Source of the DNA: the human T2T-CHM13v2.0 reference genome, Homo sapiens
Strand: one strand, 5' to 3'
Assembly (NCBI RefSeq): GCF_009914755.1
Contig: NC_060937.1
DNA length: 64,000 nucleotides
Shown here: one piece after another, positions 1 through 12,787 of the stretch
Position numbering within the stretch: position 1 is the stretch's first letter
Layout of the letters: every line of letters starts with the position of its first letter
Translations under genes and position numbers: made by a program
The notes under the pieces: model-generated
The model's database searches: none
Seen by the model: the letters and a program-made list of their open reading frames with translations, nothing else
What the model was told of the DNA's origin: nothing

Positions 1-1199
1 GGGAATAGAAAGATATAAAAAGCATGATTGCTTATGGTATTTTGTAGATAAAATGTGACTGGGATAAATAAAGTTTTATCTTTATTTTGAATTAAATTTG
101 AGTTGCTGAGCATACAAAAAAATTGTACATTTAAAAATTACAAAGAAATTACAAACTATCAGGGAAGTAAACATCTTAGAAAATCCAAAAATTGATGTTT
201 CTTAAAAATGCATACATTTGCTAATGAAAATACCATATTGGAGCTTTCTACACAGGATCTTACTCATTTTGCTGTTTCTGTTTCTGAAAGGTATAAATTT
301 GTCTATGTTAACTTTGCAAATTAATATAGCCAACATGAAAGAAAAAAAATCAATGCCACATATTAGCATGCGTATATTATAGCTGAGCTTAAAAAAAGAT
401 ATCTTGTATTTGTGTAATTTTTGCAGTTGTTATTGTAATGCTGTATAATTTAAGCAGCCTTTCTGATAAGAAATATTTATTCTTTATTTAACCTTCATTT
501 ACATTTTGAAACCAACTAAAATGACAATGCCCTTTTAAGATCTTATAAACACGTTAAACTTTTTTATTTTACCTCACTATCTAAAGAATATAAATTCAAG
601 ATTGCCTTATAGTAATAACAGTTACAACTGATAGAGTGTCTCTTACAAAAAATTATTTTAGTTTATTTCTCAAGGTTTATTATTATTGTTATTATTATTA
701 TTACTTAGTTGCTCCATATATTCAAGTGGGAAAATAGAATAAGGAAAAACTCGTTTACTGAGTGATGTTTTGTTCCTTGTGCTGTGCTAAATCTTTCACA
801 AAAATTATCATATTTAATCTTAACAATGTACCCTGTGAGTTCAGTATTTTTATCCTTTATGGAAAGGAAGAATAGTGTGTCACAGAAAACCTCTCTCATG
901 CATCACCAATTGCTCCTTTCTTCCTCCTTCCTCCATCCTTTTATGAGAGAGGGAGGTGTTTTTACATCCAAGAGGATGAGTAGACTTTCACAGATTCCAG
1001 ATAAATGCATCTGAAAAAGAAAAACTGTTAGATTATATTCATTTCGAGATCATCATTGCTGGAAGTCAATTATCTATGATTCTCTTGCAAACAAGAGCAA
1101 AGTCTTTAAAATTGTTGTTGTTTGGGACTCTTTTCAAAGACATTTTATCATAAACAGCATTGTATAGCATATTACGAGAGCTTCTGTTACACCACACTG

Positions 1200-2530
1200 T
1201 CACTAATGCTGACAGTTTTTATTTTTGTGCTGCAATTTCTGGTTGGAATGTAGAGATACGGTGCTGCAGTTTTAATATTCATTCCCACAATGTTAATTAT
1301 TTTTAACATGTTCCCATGTGCTTACTGGTAATTAGGCTCTCCTTTTTTATAATATACCTTTTACTTTTTTGACAATTTTTAAATTGATTGCCTGTATTTT
1401 TTAATTAAACATATTTTACCCATTTTGTACAGTATAAGAATCTTTTATTCAATAGGTGCACAGTAAATATATTATCCCACTCTTTGATTTGTCTTTTCAT
1501 AATTTTAATAGTAGAATTTAATATGTAGAATATCATAAAATATTAAAATCAATTTTATGAATCTTTGATATTTTAGTTTGTATTATTTTTTGTCCTGGAT
1601 TAAAAGAAAATGCTTTGACTCCCCCAACATCATAAAGATATCCTACTCTATTATCTTCTAGAAATGTATGGTTTTATCTTGCAACAAGCTCAACTTGCTG
1701 ATATTTTATTTTTTAATGTATAATAATATTTGTTTAAATTATGTTTGGTTTTGGTGTTTGTATTTATTTTCATGAGACTGGTTAGATTATACTTTTCCTA
1801 TTTGAAATATTCTCAGCAGATTTATATAAGAATGCCATATTCTCTTTAAATATGTTGTGGTAAGTGTTTTCTATTTTTTCCTTTTAATATGGATGAGTTT
1901 TTGCAACGTTATCATTATTTTATTTTGTATGCATGAAGAATTCAAAGTGAAGTGAAGCCATCTTGGCCTGGAATTTTCTCTTTGTAAAGATTTTTGACAT
2001 TTGGTTTTGATTTTTTTTTCTTTTTTAATTATACTTCAAGTTTTAGGGTACATATGCACAATGTGCAGGTTTGTTACGTATGTATACATGTGCCATGTCG
2101 GTTTGCTGCACCCATTAACTTGTCGTTTACATTAGGTATTTCTCCTAATGCTATGCCTCCCCCAGTCCTCCATACCACGACAGGCCCTGGTGTGTGATGT
2201 TCTCCGCCCTGTGTCCAAGTGTTCTCATTGTTCAATTCCCACCTATGAGTGCGAACATGCGGTGTTTGGTTTTCTGTCCTTGCGATTTCTTAATAAATAT
2301 AACAATATTTATACATTCTTCTATAAAGTTTTACTTGTTCTGCTTTTCAAGAAAACCTCATTAAAACTACATTCTCAAAAATGTATTGACAATTCTTTTT
2401 ATGTTATACTCTTCAGTCTTTTTAAATATTACAGCATCTATAGCAATGGCCCCTTTTTAATTGATTTGTCAATTGTTGCCTATCCCATTTTTTCCTTGAA
2501 AATATTAGCAGAGTTTTATTAATTTTGTTA
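1200..2530 (-). mobile_element. Ancient L1M (L1MC/ME-like) fragments, interrupted by a younger L1PA 3' end
   Basis: Degenerate antisense L1 ORF2 text (gtgaagccatcttggcctggaattttc...) reads through across the L1PA insert. Boundaries approximate. Confidence 0.55.
2011..2286 (-). mobile_element. 5'-truncated L1PA (about PA5-7) 3' end
   Basis: Poly-T, then ttatacttcaagttttagggtacatatgcaca... (antisense L1 3'UTR), ending at tccttgcgat. Only a short possible TSD (gattt). Confidence 0.9.
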
Positions 2531-2559
2531 CTTTGTTGAACATTGTTATGTGCCACACA

Positions 2560-3300
2560 TAGGCTTCTTCAGAAAGTTCAGACAATCCCCCCAGCTACTG
2601 AGATTACTGCTGAAGATGGTGCTAGTCTATCAGCCATCTTTGGCGATTGCCTTAGAAATGGAATACCAATTCTTCCAAGGCCGTCAGTCTTTCCAAAAAT
2701 AGTCTGATTCAATAAATGAACAATATAAAAGTAAAAATTCACAGCCTTTCAAGACATCTGGGGACAACTTTAAAGGCTATCCCAACTCCAGACATCCCCA
2801 TGTATTCAGCTGCAGCCTTCATCGGGTCATATAGGTCTATAGTCTGACTGCATGGTATCAAGGGGGTTAAAACATAAATTTAGCTATTAAAGAGATTATC
2901 AGTGTTGAAGACTCTCTGAGTATACATAATTTAACAGGAAAAATTATATAAACATGCTATATGAATAAATCATAGAAACATGAAAAAAACAATGGCATAA
3001 ACTAAGTGAGATAAAAATAACACAATGGCTGTGGTGGATGGTAGAAGGAATTGAATGTTTCAGAAAAATAAACAGGCTAAGTGGATTCTCTAAGGCCAGC
3101 AAAAGAAGAGTTGGCCTTAGGAGGGCTCAGATATAGCAATCATTTACCAAAGCAACAAGAAATGTGCCAGTGAAAGGGGCACCAGCATCACTGAGTTCCC
3201 AGGGTGCTTCAGTTCTGTAGGAAAGAGTTGATGGTAATAGAAGCCATTAAAGATTAGGTCCCTTTAATAGTAATGGAGTAATTATAATAGAGCAACTGTA
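2560..3300 (+). mobile_element. Old ERVL remnant (LTR16-like piece plus ERV3-16A3-like internal piece)
   Basis: gggacaactttaaaggctatcccaactccaga and ttaccaaagcaacaagaaatgtgccagtgaaaggggcaccagcatcact resemble recalled LTR16/ERV3-16A3 consensus. Heavily decayed. Confidence 0.4.
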
Positions 3301-3340
3301 ATCATATTAGTAATCGTGATAGAACCTCTACTCTATAGAG

Positions 3341-3567
3341 CAAACTTGTCCAACCTACAGCCCACATGCCACATGTTACCTGGGACAACTTTGAATGCTG
3401 CCCAACACAAGTTCCTAAACTTTCTTAAAACATTATGAGATTTTTTTTTTTGCAATTTTTTTAAAGCTCATCAGCTATCGTTAGTGTTAGTGTATTCTAT
3501 GTGTGGCCCAAGACAGTTCTTCCTCTTCCAATGTGTCCCAGGGAAGCATAAAGGTTGGACACCCTTG
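3341..3567 (-). mobile_element. MER30 non-autonomous hAT-Charlie DNA transposon
   Basis: Termini caaacttgtccaacc ... ggttggacacccttg form imperfect terminal inverted repeats. Internal gctcatcagctatcgttagtgttagtgtatt matches MER30. Confidence 0.85.
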
Positions 3568-3649
3568 AGAGGAGAAGGTTGTACCATTTAACTGCAAAAG
3601 CCAAATGGACTTAATTATCTTAAGTGGCACAGTGGAGCTTTTCTAAGTC

Positions 3650-4700
3650 ACTTACCCACTTTTCTGTATTTTCCTTTATTTCTCAAACTAGATATTTTTT
3701 ACTGGCCATTGTCCAGTTCACTTATCCCCTTTCTTATGTTTCTAATATGCTTTCAAATATAAATACTAATTTATGAATTTTAATCTTGCATTTTTTCAGT
3801 TGTAAAATTTTCAGTTGATCCTGATTTTCTGGTCAAATCTCTACCTTTCCACTGATTTTCTTCAATATTTTAATAATTGCTATCTTATTTATTTTAAATT
3901 TTTTTATTTTTAATTTTAATTGCTATTTTAATGTGTGTCTTAAAACTACATTTTGTGGATGCCTCTAGATATCTTTTTTATAGCTTCTTTTTTTTCCTAT
4001 TTTTAGTCATATGATTCTGTCCCTGGTGTGATTTGAATCATTCAATTTTGGCTTTGTTACATGAAAACAATGTAAATTTGGGGGGATATTAGATTTCTCC
4101 TTTAATTTTGCTCCATCAGTTACAATACAGACATATTAGATTGATCCAATTAGAGCTAGATTTCAGAATTTGGAAAGGCTGTACTATTTCTAGTTTGCCC
4201 TAATTTTTGGACTCAGAACTTATGTAGAGATACCATCTGAATCTTTGTATATTCACTGCAGCCCCACTCCTCAGGATGTCCCTCATTCTATGGCTTGACT
4301 TCCCTGACTGTAAGATTGACAAAATTTTCACTTACTTTCAGAATTTTATCAGTTATTTCTATATTGCATCTCCACCTCTGACTAAATAAGTGATAGTTTA
4401 GGACTCAGCAAATATTTTTAAAACCAATCACATTATAATGTTTGTGCATTATTGTGCGATCTTTTTTTCTCCCAGATTTGGCCTCTTAGGTCCTGAATTA
4501 ATCCGTAGCCTTTAATTGAGTATTCTCCCTTTTTTGTCTACTGATAAGGCTACAATAATGTTTAGGTTGTTTCTTTCTGTCAGACCTCTATAGCCCACGC
4601 TGTAAGTGGATAAGTGCCTCTAAGTGGGGAAAATGCTAATGTAGGTGTCACTTCAATGAATTCTTTTTATCTTTAGGACCTTTATTGTTAAAAACCACAC
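3650..4700 (-). mobile_element. Ancient L1M fragment(s)
   Basis: T-rich degenerate antisense L1-like sequence. Boundaries approximate. Confidence 0.35.
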
Positions 4701-7700
4701 AGCCTTGAGATATCTACAGTCCCATTCCAGGTTTTGTTTTGTTTTGTTTTGTGGAAGAACTCCATCACAGTAGGAAGAGATAACCTCAAAAATCAAGTTC
4801 TTTTTGAAATGTGATCTTTCTTCATAGTTGTTTATTTCAGGAATATTTAATTTCTCACTCCCCTCTACTGTTAATTAGTGCAGTGAAAGCATTTCCCACA
4901 TTTCTTCAAAATAGTCATATATCTTTCCCCAGTTTACCTCTTCCCCACAATTCCTATTTACTGTAACATTCTTGTGGAAAGGCTATATATCATATACATC
5001 CCAATGCCAAACATACCTCTTGTCTTATACTTGGAATGAATGATTACTGGTATCACTGGGAGGAAGATGCTCTTTTTTATGGATCATATTAACTCCTGTG
5101 ATATTCATTTATTTTTTACACTGTATTGTCTATGACAAGATGAAAGTGTCAACAGCTGTTTCAATTGTCCAGACTAGTTATTCTCTTAGTATTACAACAA
5201 ACCCATTTACCGTTTGTGCTACTTGCTTTACTCATAAAAACATTCAATTCAACCCAGCAAGCGTAAAGATCAAACAAAAGTGTACCCCTCAAGCTTTAGT
5301 ATTTTCTGTTTTATGACTTCCTTAAAATTCTTGTTTTATGAAAGAAAAGTTTGTGTTATTTGCTGCGTAAGGAGATGAGTATTTTCATTGTTGGAAAATA
5401 ATGTCAGTGAATTTGAGATTCAAAATTATCTCCACAAGTAATTCCTTTTTGCATGATCAAATTTGCATTTTAAAATATAGGAATATATATTTATGTATGA
5501 ATATTTGCATCTTTACTGTTTAAACAGTTGACAGAAAGGTACTTTCTTGAGAATAAGAACAGTTTCTTCTCTTATACAGATGCCACATAATGAAGATGTT
5601 AAGAAAAGTGAGAATACATTTGTATTCCTGTTCTTGGTAATTCTTCCCTAGGACATACTCCAGATACATGAATGAGTATTATTTCTTTTGAAGAAAGAAG
5701 GTAAACAACTGTCATTCCTGTTTCTTTGCTATATATGCTATCTTTGATACAAAGAATTTCCAATTTGCTAGACTTCTGCAACTTCAGTACAGGCTTCAGA
5801 CTTCTAAAGTGACATCCCATATAATGTTAGAATAGTTAGTAATCATGTTAACTTCTTAATGTCCCCTATACTGTGTGTCATCAGTAAATGCATAGGCAAT
5901 TGAAATACATGTCTACAAAATGTCCGTCCAATCATTGTACATGTTTACCATCAGATTAATCATTCTGAAATATCAGACTCCTATCTTGAATAAAATCTAT
6001 ATTCCTACCTTGGCTGTACCACTCCTCTATAATTTGGCTGCAATCAATCCTTTAAAAATTATTCTCATACTTTATCTCAAATTCAGACTGACACAGCTAA
6101 TATTGATTCCTTAAACGTCTTCATTCACTCATTTCAAGTCTAATTTGTACCAGGAAGGTTTTCTTCTAAATCTATTTACATTTATTCCACTGTCAAAATT
6201 TAGGTCTTCACTTTTCCTAATGTTCTTTTTAAAACTGCAAAACTTGGTAATTTTCCATACCATACTATCCCAAAGACGCTTAAATATGATAAAATTGAAT
6301 AAATGTTTAGCAAACCAATCCTTCTCTCAATTAAATAATTTACAATACTTTTTGTATCTAGGGGTTATATAACTTTTCACTTGGGTTTATGATTTCTACC
6401 AAGAATTGGAGAAGAGAAATTACATCTTAATGTATTCCATTATGCCTATACAAATTACATACTAAGTAAATTTGTTTTAAAAATGAGATAAAAAAATTAA
6501 ATTGGTTTTTTGCACTCTTTAAGTCTAAATTGAAGAAAGGACAAATCTGTTTATATTTAACCCTTTAGAATAAAAGGTTTTATTATCAGTATGCATATGT
6601 AGATGGTAAGCCATTAAAGCAAACTAAAAATATGTAATAAAATTTAAAATCTGTGGATTCCTACATGCCATTCAATTATTTTTCTATAATTTTAGAAAAA
6701 TATTATGAAATTTTAGATACTTGTGAATTACAGCAAATTGTTGGCATCTTTTCTCTTTGAATACAGTTGAACACCACCTGAACAATTTTATTCTTAGAAA
6801 GACTTGTTGCTTGCTTGGTAAAACAGACACAGGTTAAATTTTAATGCATTGACTAAAATGCTGTTATCTTATTTTCAATAAGCATTGTTTACAGATTTCA
6901 AAGCTGGCTATAAAAATCAACTTCTGATTCTTGTAAGAACTTTACTAACACAATTTATTATTGACAAATGTAAAAATTAGTAAACTATACTTTGCAAAAT
7001 TTAATATCTTTTCATAATCTACTTTCTTATTTAAGAAGAAATTAAATACACCAAATACCTCTTAGAATGTCAATGATTGAATAATACCAATATATATTTC
7101 TTAATAAAGAAATGGTAACCTCGCATATTTCATATCTGTTGTAGTAGGTCATGACAAAAAAAATCAACAAAAAGAAATTATCTAAAAAACGTTATCTGAA
7201 GTGAAATAAAGTTTTGAGTATTTTGGTAGGAAAACTTGAAGTATCTAATCGCCTATTTCAAGGTCTGTGAAAGTTACTAGTTATTTATGAATATTTGAAG
7301 TTATTTTCTTCATTCCTTGTTAATTGCTTGTGACAGCCAAGAGTTAAAATATGGGTATTCCATTATATAACATAGGAGAACAGCTGCAACACAGTCTGCT
7401 TCTGCTGATGCTCTTGACAATGTGTCTCCTAATGCCCTAAAAACAGCTTCTCCCTGCATGGCTGTTACTTCACACTTTCTGGTTGGAACAATTGGACTAC
7501 TGAAATATTCAAGTTTCACACTGGGGAAAATCCATTTCCACCCATTGCAAAGAGGTAGCAAGATAAATTTGCAGTGAGGACAGTAAAACAAAACAAATTA
7601 TTGACAGCCACAATTGCTCTGGTTGGTTAAGAACACAACCAAAAAGTTTAACACTTTGCAGAAATTTGTATCAACTCTATTCATATGTAAACTTGTTCTA

Positions 7701-9179
7701 TGAAGTTATTCGATATATTAAAAGACAGAAAAAATACAGAAAAATTATGTATATATATACATATGTAAAAGATCAAACATGGTAAAAGTAAATGTAGCTC
7801 TAATAAGTAATGTCCCTGCTCAAATTATGAACCTCACTGACAGAAAAGTCCTCTGAAGACATCTCGCTTATTCCTTGGGAGCTTTCAGTTTACTCCTAAA
7901 ATAGATTACAGGTTCCTTTTAGACAGGTTTCGCATTACTTGAGCCAGAGATCTTTTCTCGCTTTCCCAGGAGAAATCCTTCCACAGATAAACACCAGAAT
8001 CAGTATTTGTAATGTGCTTCCTGCTAGTAACAACTAGTAGTATATGAAATAATTTATCTGGGGAAATGCCTGTAGCCGCTATTTTTAGTCATTTAAACCT
8101 AGCCTAGACAAAACAAACTAACCTAGGAAAATACACTGCCTGAAAAGGTGCGAGCTTTAAGACCCAAAGTGTGTATCCACTTAAAAGGACATATAGTTCT
8201 ACAAAAGTAAAACTAGATAAAGGATTCTTGGACCTCCAGTGGAAGTAAATAAAAATGAAGGCTTAAAGAAAATAAATGTTTAAAATGTATCTGATTTATG
8301 CACATCTTTCTATGTTTCCTATCACATTAGGCAATAGTAAAAATAATCAAAACATTTTTGGCTATATAGAATTCTTCTATATGAGTACTTTCACTCATAA
8401 TTAAGAAATGTGTTAAAATCTGCTACCAATGTATCTGATTGATATGCTTATATACGTGGGTCTCAGGAAAGAGAGAAAAACTGCTCAATTACTTGGAACT
8501 CGTATCTCAGTTCAGAAGAGAAAATAGAAAGTGCACAGCACCTAAGTAAATATTTTTAAAAATTTTAAACCAAAGAAATTAAATGAGGTAGGAAAGCTGT
8601 GAGCAAAAAAGTTAATTCTCAGCAGGGGCCCTCAAAGGCATAAATGTGCAGGGGAGAGTCCCGGAGTTTTAACGAAACTTAAATATTTATTAAATTTTTT
8701 ATTTTTGTAGAAAGTAACTGGAAAGTAATGTCAGAAAGTATCTACAACTAAGCAGTTTAGAATTTTGTAGAGAAACTTCATTGCACAAACAAAATGGCTA
8801 ATGAATCTTAAAAGATTATGTGGCTGAATTGTGAAGAGAGAAGAATTTGCTTACTCATGAGACAATGAATTGATGAGAGAAACCTGATACACACAACAAA
8901 ATGACCCGACTTTCCCTAAATCTGACTCTCCCTTAGATTTGTGGCTATTTTAATAAGAACTACACTGATTTCCAGATTATCGAATCAAGAAATCAAAAGT
9001 TATTCATTCTATCAAACCACGTAAAGGACTGACATTTTTTAAATGATGAAAATGACAGTAAAGAAATACGTTATTACTTTTTTGCGGCGAAAATCCGTTT
9101 AAGTTAGACAATGAAAATATTCCAAGTTTATTCTTTTTTAATAACTTTTTTCATGTTAAGTTAGAAGTATTTCATGGTT

Positions 9180-9860
9180 AAAAAATTGAAAAATAAGAGG
9201 ATAGCTTGAACAAACAACAAATTATAAAGTAGTTTCCACCTCTTAGGCAATTATTGCTAATGTTTATATCATCTCTTCTTGATGTGAATTTATTATGCAT
9301 CTGTATTATATTAACATTGCATATGTTGTTGAATATAAAATTTTCACAAATTCCTTTTTCATTTAACAATATATAATGCAAATTTCCCTAAATATTTATT
9401 ATTGAAAAAATATTTTTAATGATGGCATATCTCAGTCATCATTTACTATTTTCCCTATGTTCCATGCCCACATAATTATATGTGGCTATGAATATCAATG
9501 GACATACAATTTTTATATATAATACTAGGTTTTTCCTTAAATCTGTTTCTAGTGATAACATTAGCTCACAGGTTAAAGGACATCAATAATTGATTGTCTG
9601 TGAAAATAATTGTGAAACATAAAAATATTTATTCACAATTTATACTCTTCCAAAATGTTGAAAATATTCAAGTCCTTTATCCTACTTAGCATAGATGAAT
9701 TTATCAGTGTTCTTTAATAAGATAAGCCAAAATTGGAACATACCTTTGGCTACTAGTAAAGTTCACTATTGTGTCAATATATTTATTGGCCATCTATTCA
9801 TTAATTAACTCATTCTTTATTTTACATTTTACTTTATATATATATATATATTTATAGTCT
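9180..9860 (-). mobile_element. Ancient L1M 3' fragment
   Basis: Degenerate antisense L1 motifs (tttattggccatctattc, ggctatgaatatcaatggacatac). Confidence 0.45.
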
Positions 9861-11869
9861 CTCAGATTCTAATCTGCTGCTGATCCATGAGGTAGCCTGT
9901 TTCTGATGTGAGTGAACCATATCTATGTAGCTTCTAAAAGCAGAAAATGATATTTCTAATTAATAAAGTAAGAAAAATAATACAAATGTACACTCAATTT
10001 TTAGATCAGAAGGCAGCCAGAAGAAGATTTGGCAATGCTTTCCTTGTAGGAAAGTTACTGTCACTGATATATTACTGCTATTACTGTTGTATACGTATGT
10101 GTGTATGTGACAAGTGTGAATGATTTTTATTTGATTAGAGACAAGAGCAGTTTCAAAATATACACAAGTGAAGAATTACTTGCAATTTATTTCACTTGCA
10201 TTAATTATTGTTGGCATATGCCAACAAATTAGTTTTACTTCTCACTGCATGAGGATTGTGGATGTTGAATGGAAGAATTGAAAAAATATTCCTACATAGC
10301 CTTTTTATCAGTTATATATTTGAAAAAAGAGACTTGATATTTTATGTTTAAGCAGTTTGTTTAAACAAAGTGACAGTAACACAAATAACACTTTGGAGCA
10401 ATATGATGATCAATAAGATTTTTTTAAATTAGCGTGGTGTTTTAAAATAATTCTCTTAAAGTATATTCAGATCACATGTGAAAAACAATCTTTATCATTG
10501 AAGATACTTGCTGCACTGTGACAAGCAAAATGAAAGAGAAGGACTCAGCTTTTAACGGAGCAGTTGGTAATAGGCTCTGGTCTTTATTTGTCCTTGGTCA
10601 AGACCAGAATACTAACTATGTGAAAGATGGATCCTTTTGTACTTGAGTGTTTCTGAAGGGTTGTTTAAGGAATTCTTCCATTGTAATCACTATTTCAGCA
10701 GCATGAGATTTCCTGTTCCCTTGTATTGTTTGTATTTAAATGTATTTTCATTCTTGAAGGATATTGGAGTCAATATTTTGTTATTTCTTCTTTGAATTGG
10801 GCAATATCTTCTCAGGTTAGGTGGGAAACCTGAAATACAGAAAATATAAAGTGGGCGAACATTTATGTTTGGCATATAAATTATTTGCACATAGCTTTAA
10901 TGTTCTCTTTGAAATGCTGTATTTCTTAGAAAATGAATCCCTGAGGTTTGAGATATATAACCTAATGGGACTATAGTTTTTCAACTCATTACAAAGTCAA
11001 TAATTATTATTAAATGCTTATTGTTTCACAGCCCTGCAATATGTTAGGAAGATAATATAACATAGGTAATTTAACAATAGTGAATTAATTACTTGCAAAA
11101 TGTAAGGCGCGCTATAATCAATACTATGTATATGTGAGTTCCTTTAAGAACACCATTTAGGAAAGCATTGCCCACTGGCCCGAGGAAATTCTTGTCCATT
11201 TTCTATTTGATAAGAGAGAACCAACACCAACTGTAACCCAATGGAACTCTGCATTATAATTGAACAATACAGATATATTATTCTCATCCAATCTTGATAA
11301 AAAGATTATTTAATTCTGAAAGTTATATGAACTGTTGGGGAAGTCCAATTCTGTAAGATTTAGAATTGTTGAAAATTTAATCCAAGAATTTCTGAAATTT
11401 ATCTCTAATTTATTCCACAAATGTTCTTTTTCTCCTTAACCAATTTTTTTACAAATTTCCTAATTAAAATTAAAAAGAAAAAATATACATATGAATATTT
11501 TAAATAGCAGTGATACATGAGTATTAATTAAGCCCTGTGAATGAACAGCAATGTATTCAAACTTTGAGTCAAGGCCCATGTTTCCAGGCTTGATGTCGGA
11601 GCACAAGGCAATCTGACACAAGATGTCTGCTCTACGTCATCCTTCTTAATTTTCCTGATATTCTCCAATTTAACCAACCTAAAAAAATGATGGAATTGTC
11701 CAAAATAAAGGTAGCTGTAGAATTACTGAGTTATACAGTATTTAATTTAATGTTCAACATTAATAAGGAATGCTAGAATGATTTTTCATATAGCCTTCAG
11801 TAGCTATCATTTCCAACTCAGGGAAAAATACCTCAATATTTTGTTATTGCATGTTAGATTTACTGGAGA

Positions 11870-12787
11870 TTTTGGTTAATGTATTATCGGAATAAAAAAA
11901 ATTCTTCCTATTCCTAGTATTCTGAGTTATTTTTTTAGTTTGTGCATGAGAGTGGCCTTTTTTTTCAAATGGATTTTTGCATCTATCAAGATGACTACAT
12001 GTTTATTTTTTCTTTTGCTAATAGGATGAAGTACATTGATTGATCCACAAATTGTGTATTTTCACTATTATTTTGCTTTTCATATTTTCTCACTTGTGTA
12101 CACCTTTTTCTTTGACTTATGTGTTATTCAAAAATATGTTTATATTTATGATCATGTATCCTTTCTCTGTATGGATTTGTCTCTATGATCTTATTAATGT
12201 TCCTCCTCATCCCTTCCATTCCATATATATTTTCTCTCTTTTCTTGCTGTATCCATTTTTTTGTATGCATATATTTTATATTACTTTTCTCCTCAGACCA
12301 TTTAAAAGTTGAACACTGTAAAAATATTTTTAAGAGTACCTACTCTAGACATTTTAATATTTTTTTATATTTAAAGTTAACCACCATCTGTACTCTAATT
12401 TCAAACAATACAAAGTGTTTTAACATTTTGATTGTCATAACCTCCCTCCTATATATTTACTTCTTTGGTTTTTAGTTTAAAAATTATTGAAACTTAAAAA
12501 AGATTATTATTTTTTCCATTCTCTGTCATTTTTTGTTGGATTTTATAGTTATCATCTTATTTGTTCATTCATTGCTTCTTGCAATACAAGCTTTCCACTT
12601 GAATTTTCTTTTTCTTTTAATAATCTTTGTAATTTCTATTAATGAGAGGAAATGTAGTAAATACAATATTTGTTTGTTTAAAAATAATTCTTTTTGCCCT
12701 TTTAACAAATTCTACTGAGATAATGTTCCATCATATTTAAGATATGTGTCCAATGTCTTCTAACATCCATTATTAGTTTTGAGAAAC
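11870..12787 (-). mobile_element. Ancient L1M fragment, host of the MLT1 nest; similar sequence resumes at about 22080-23000
   Basis: ttcctattcctagtattctgag...ttttgcatctatcaagatga is antisense L1 ORF2. T-rich L1M-like DNA resumes after the nest. Confidence 0.5.

Noticed and set aside
7310-7591. 93-aa minus-strand ORF in non-repetitive DNA
   Set aside because: No recognisable domain, non-ATG start and no clear flanking splice pair. It could be regulatory, but nothing in the sequence supports a call.
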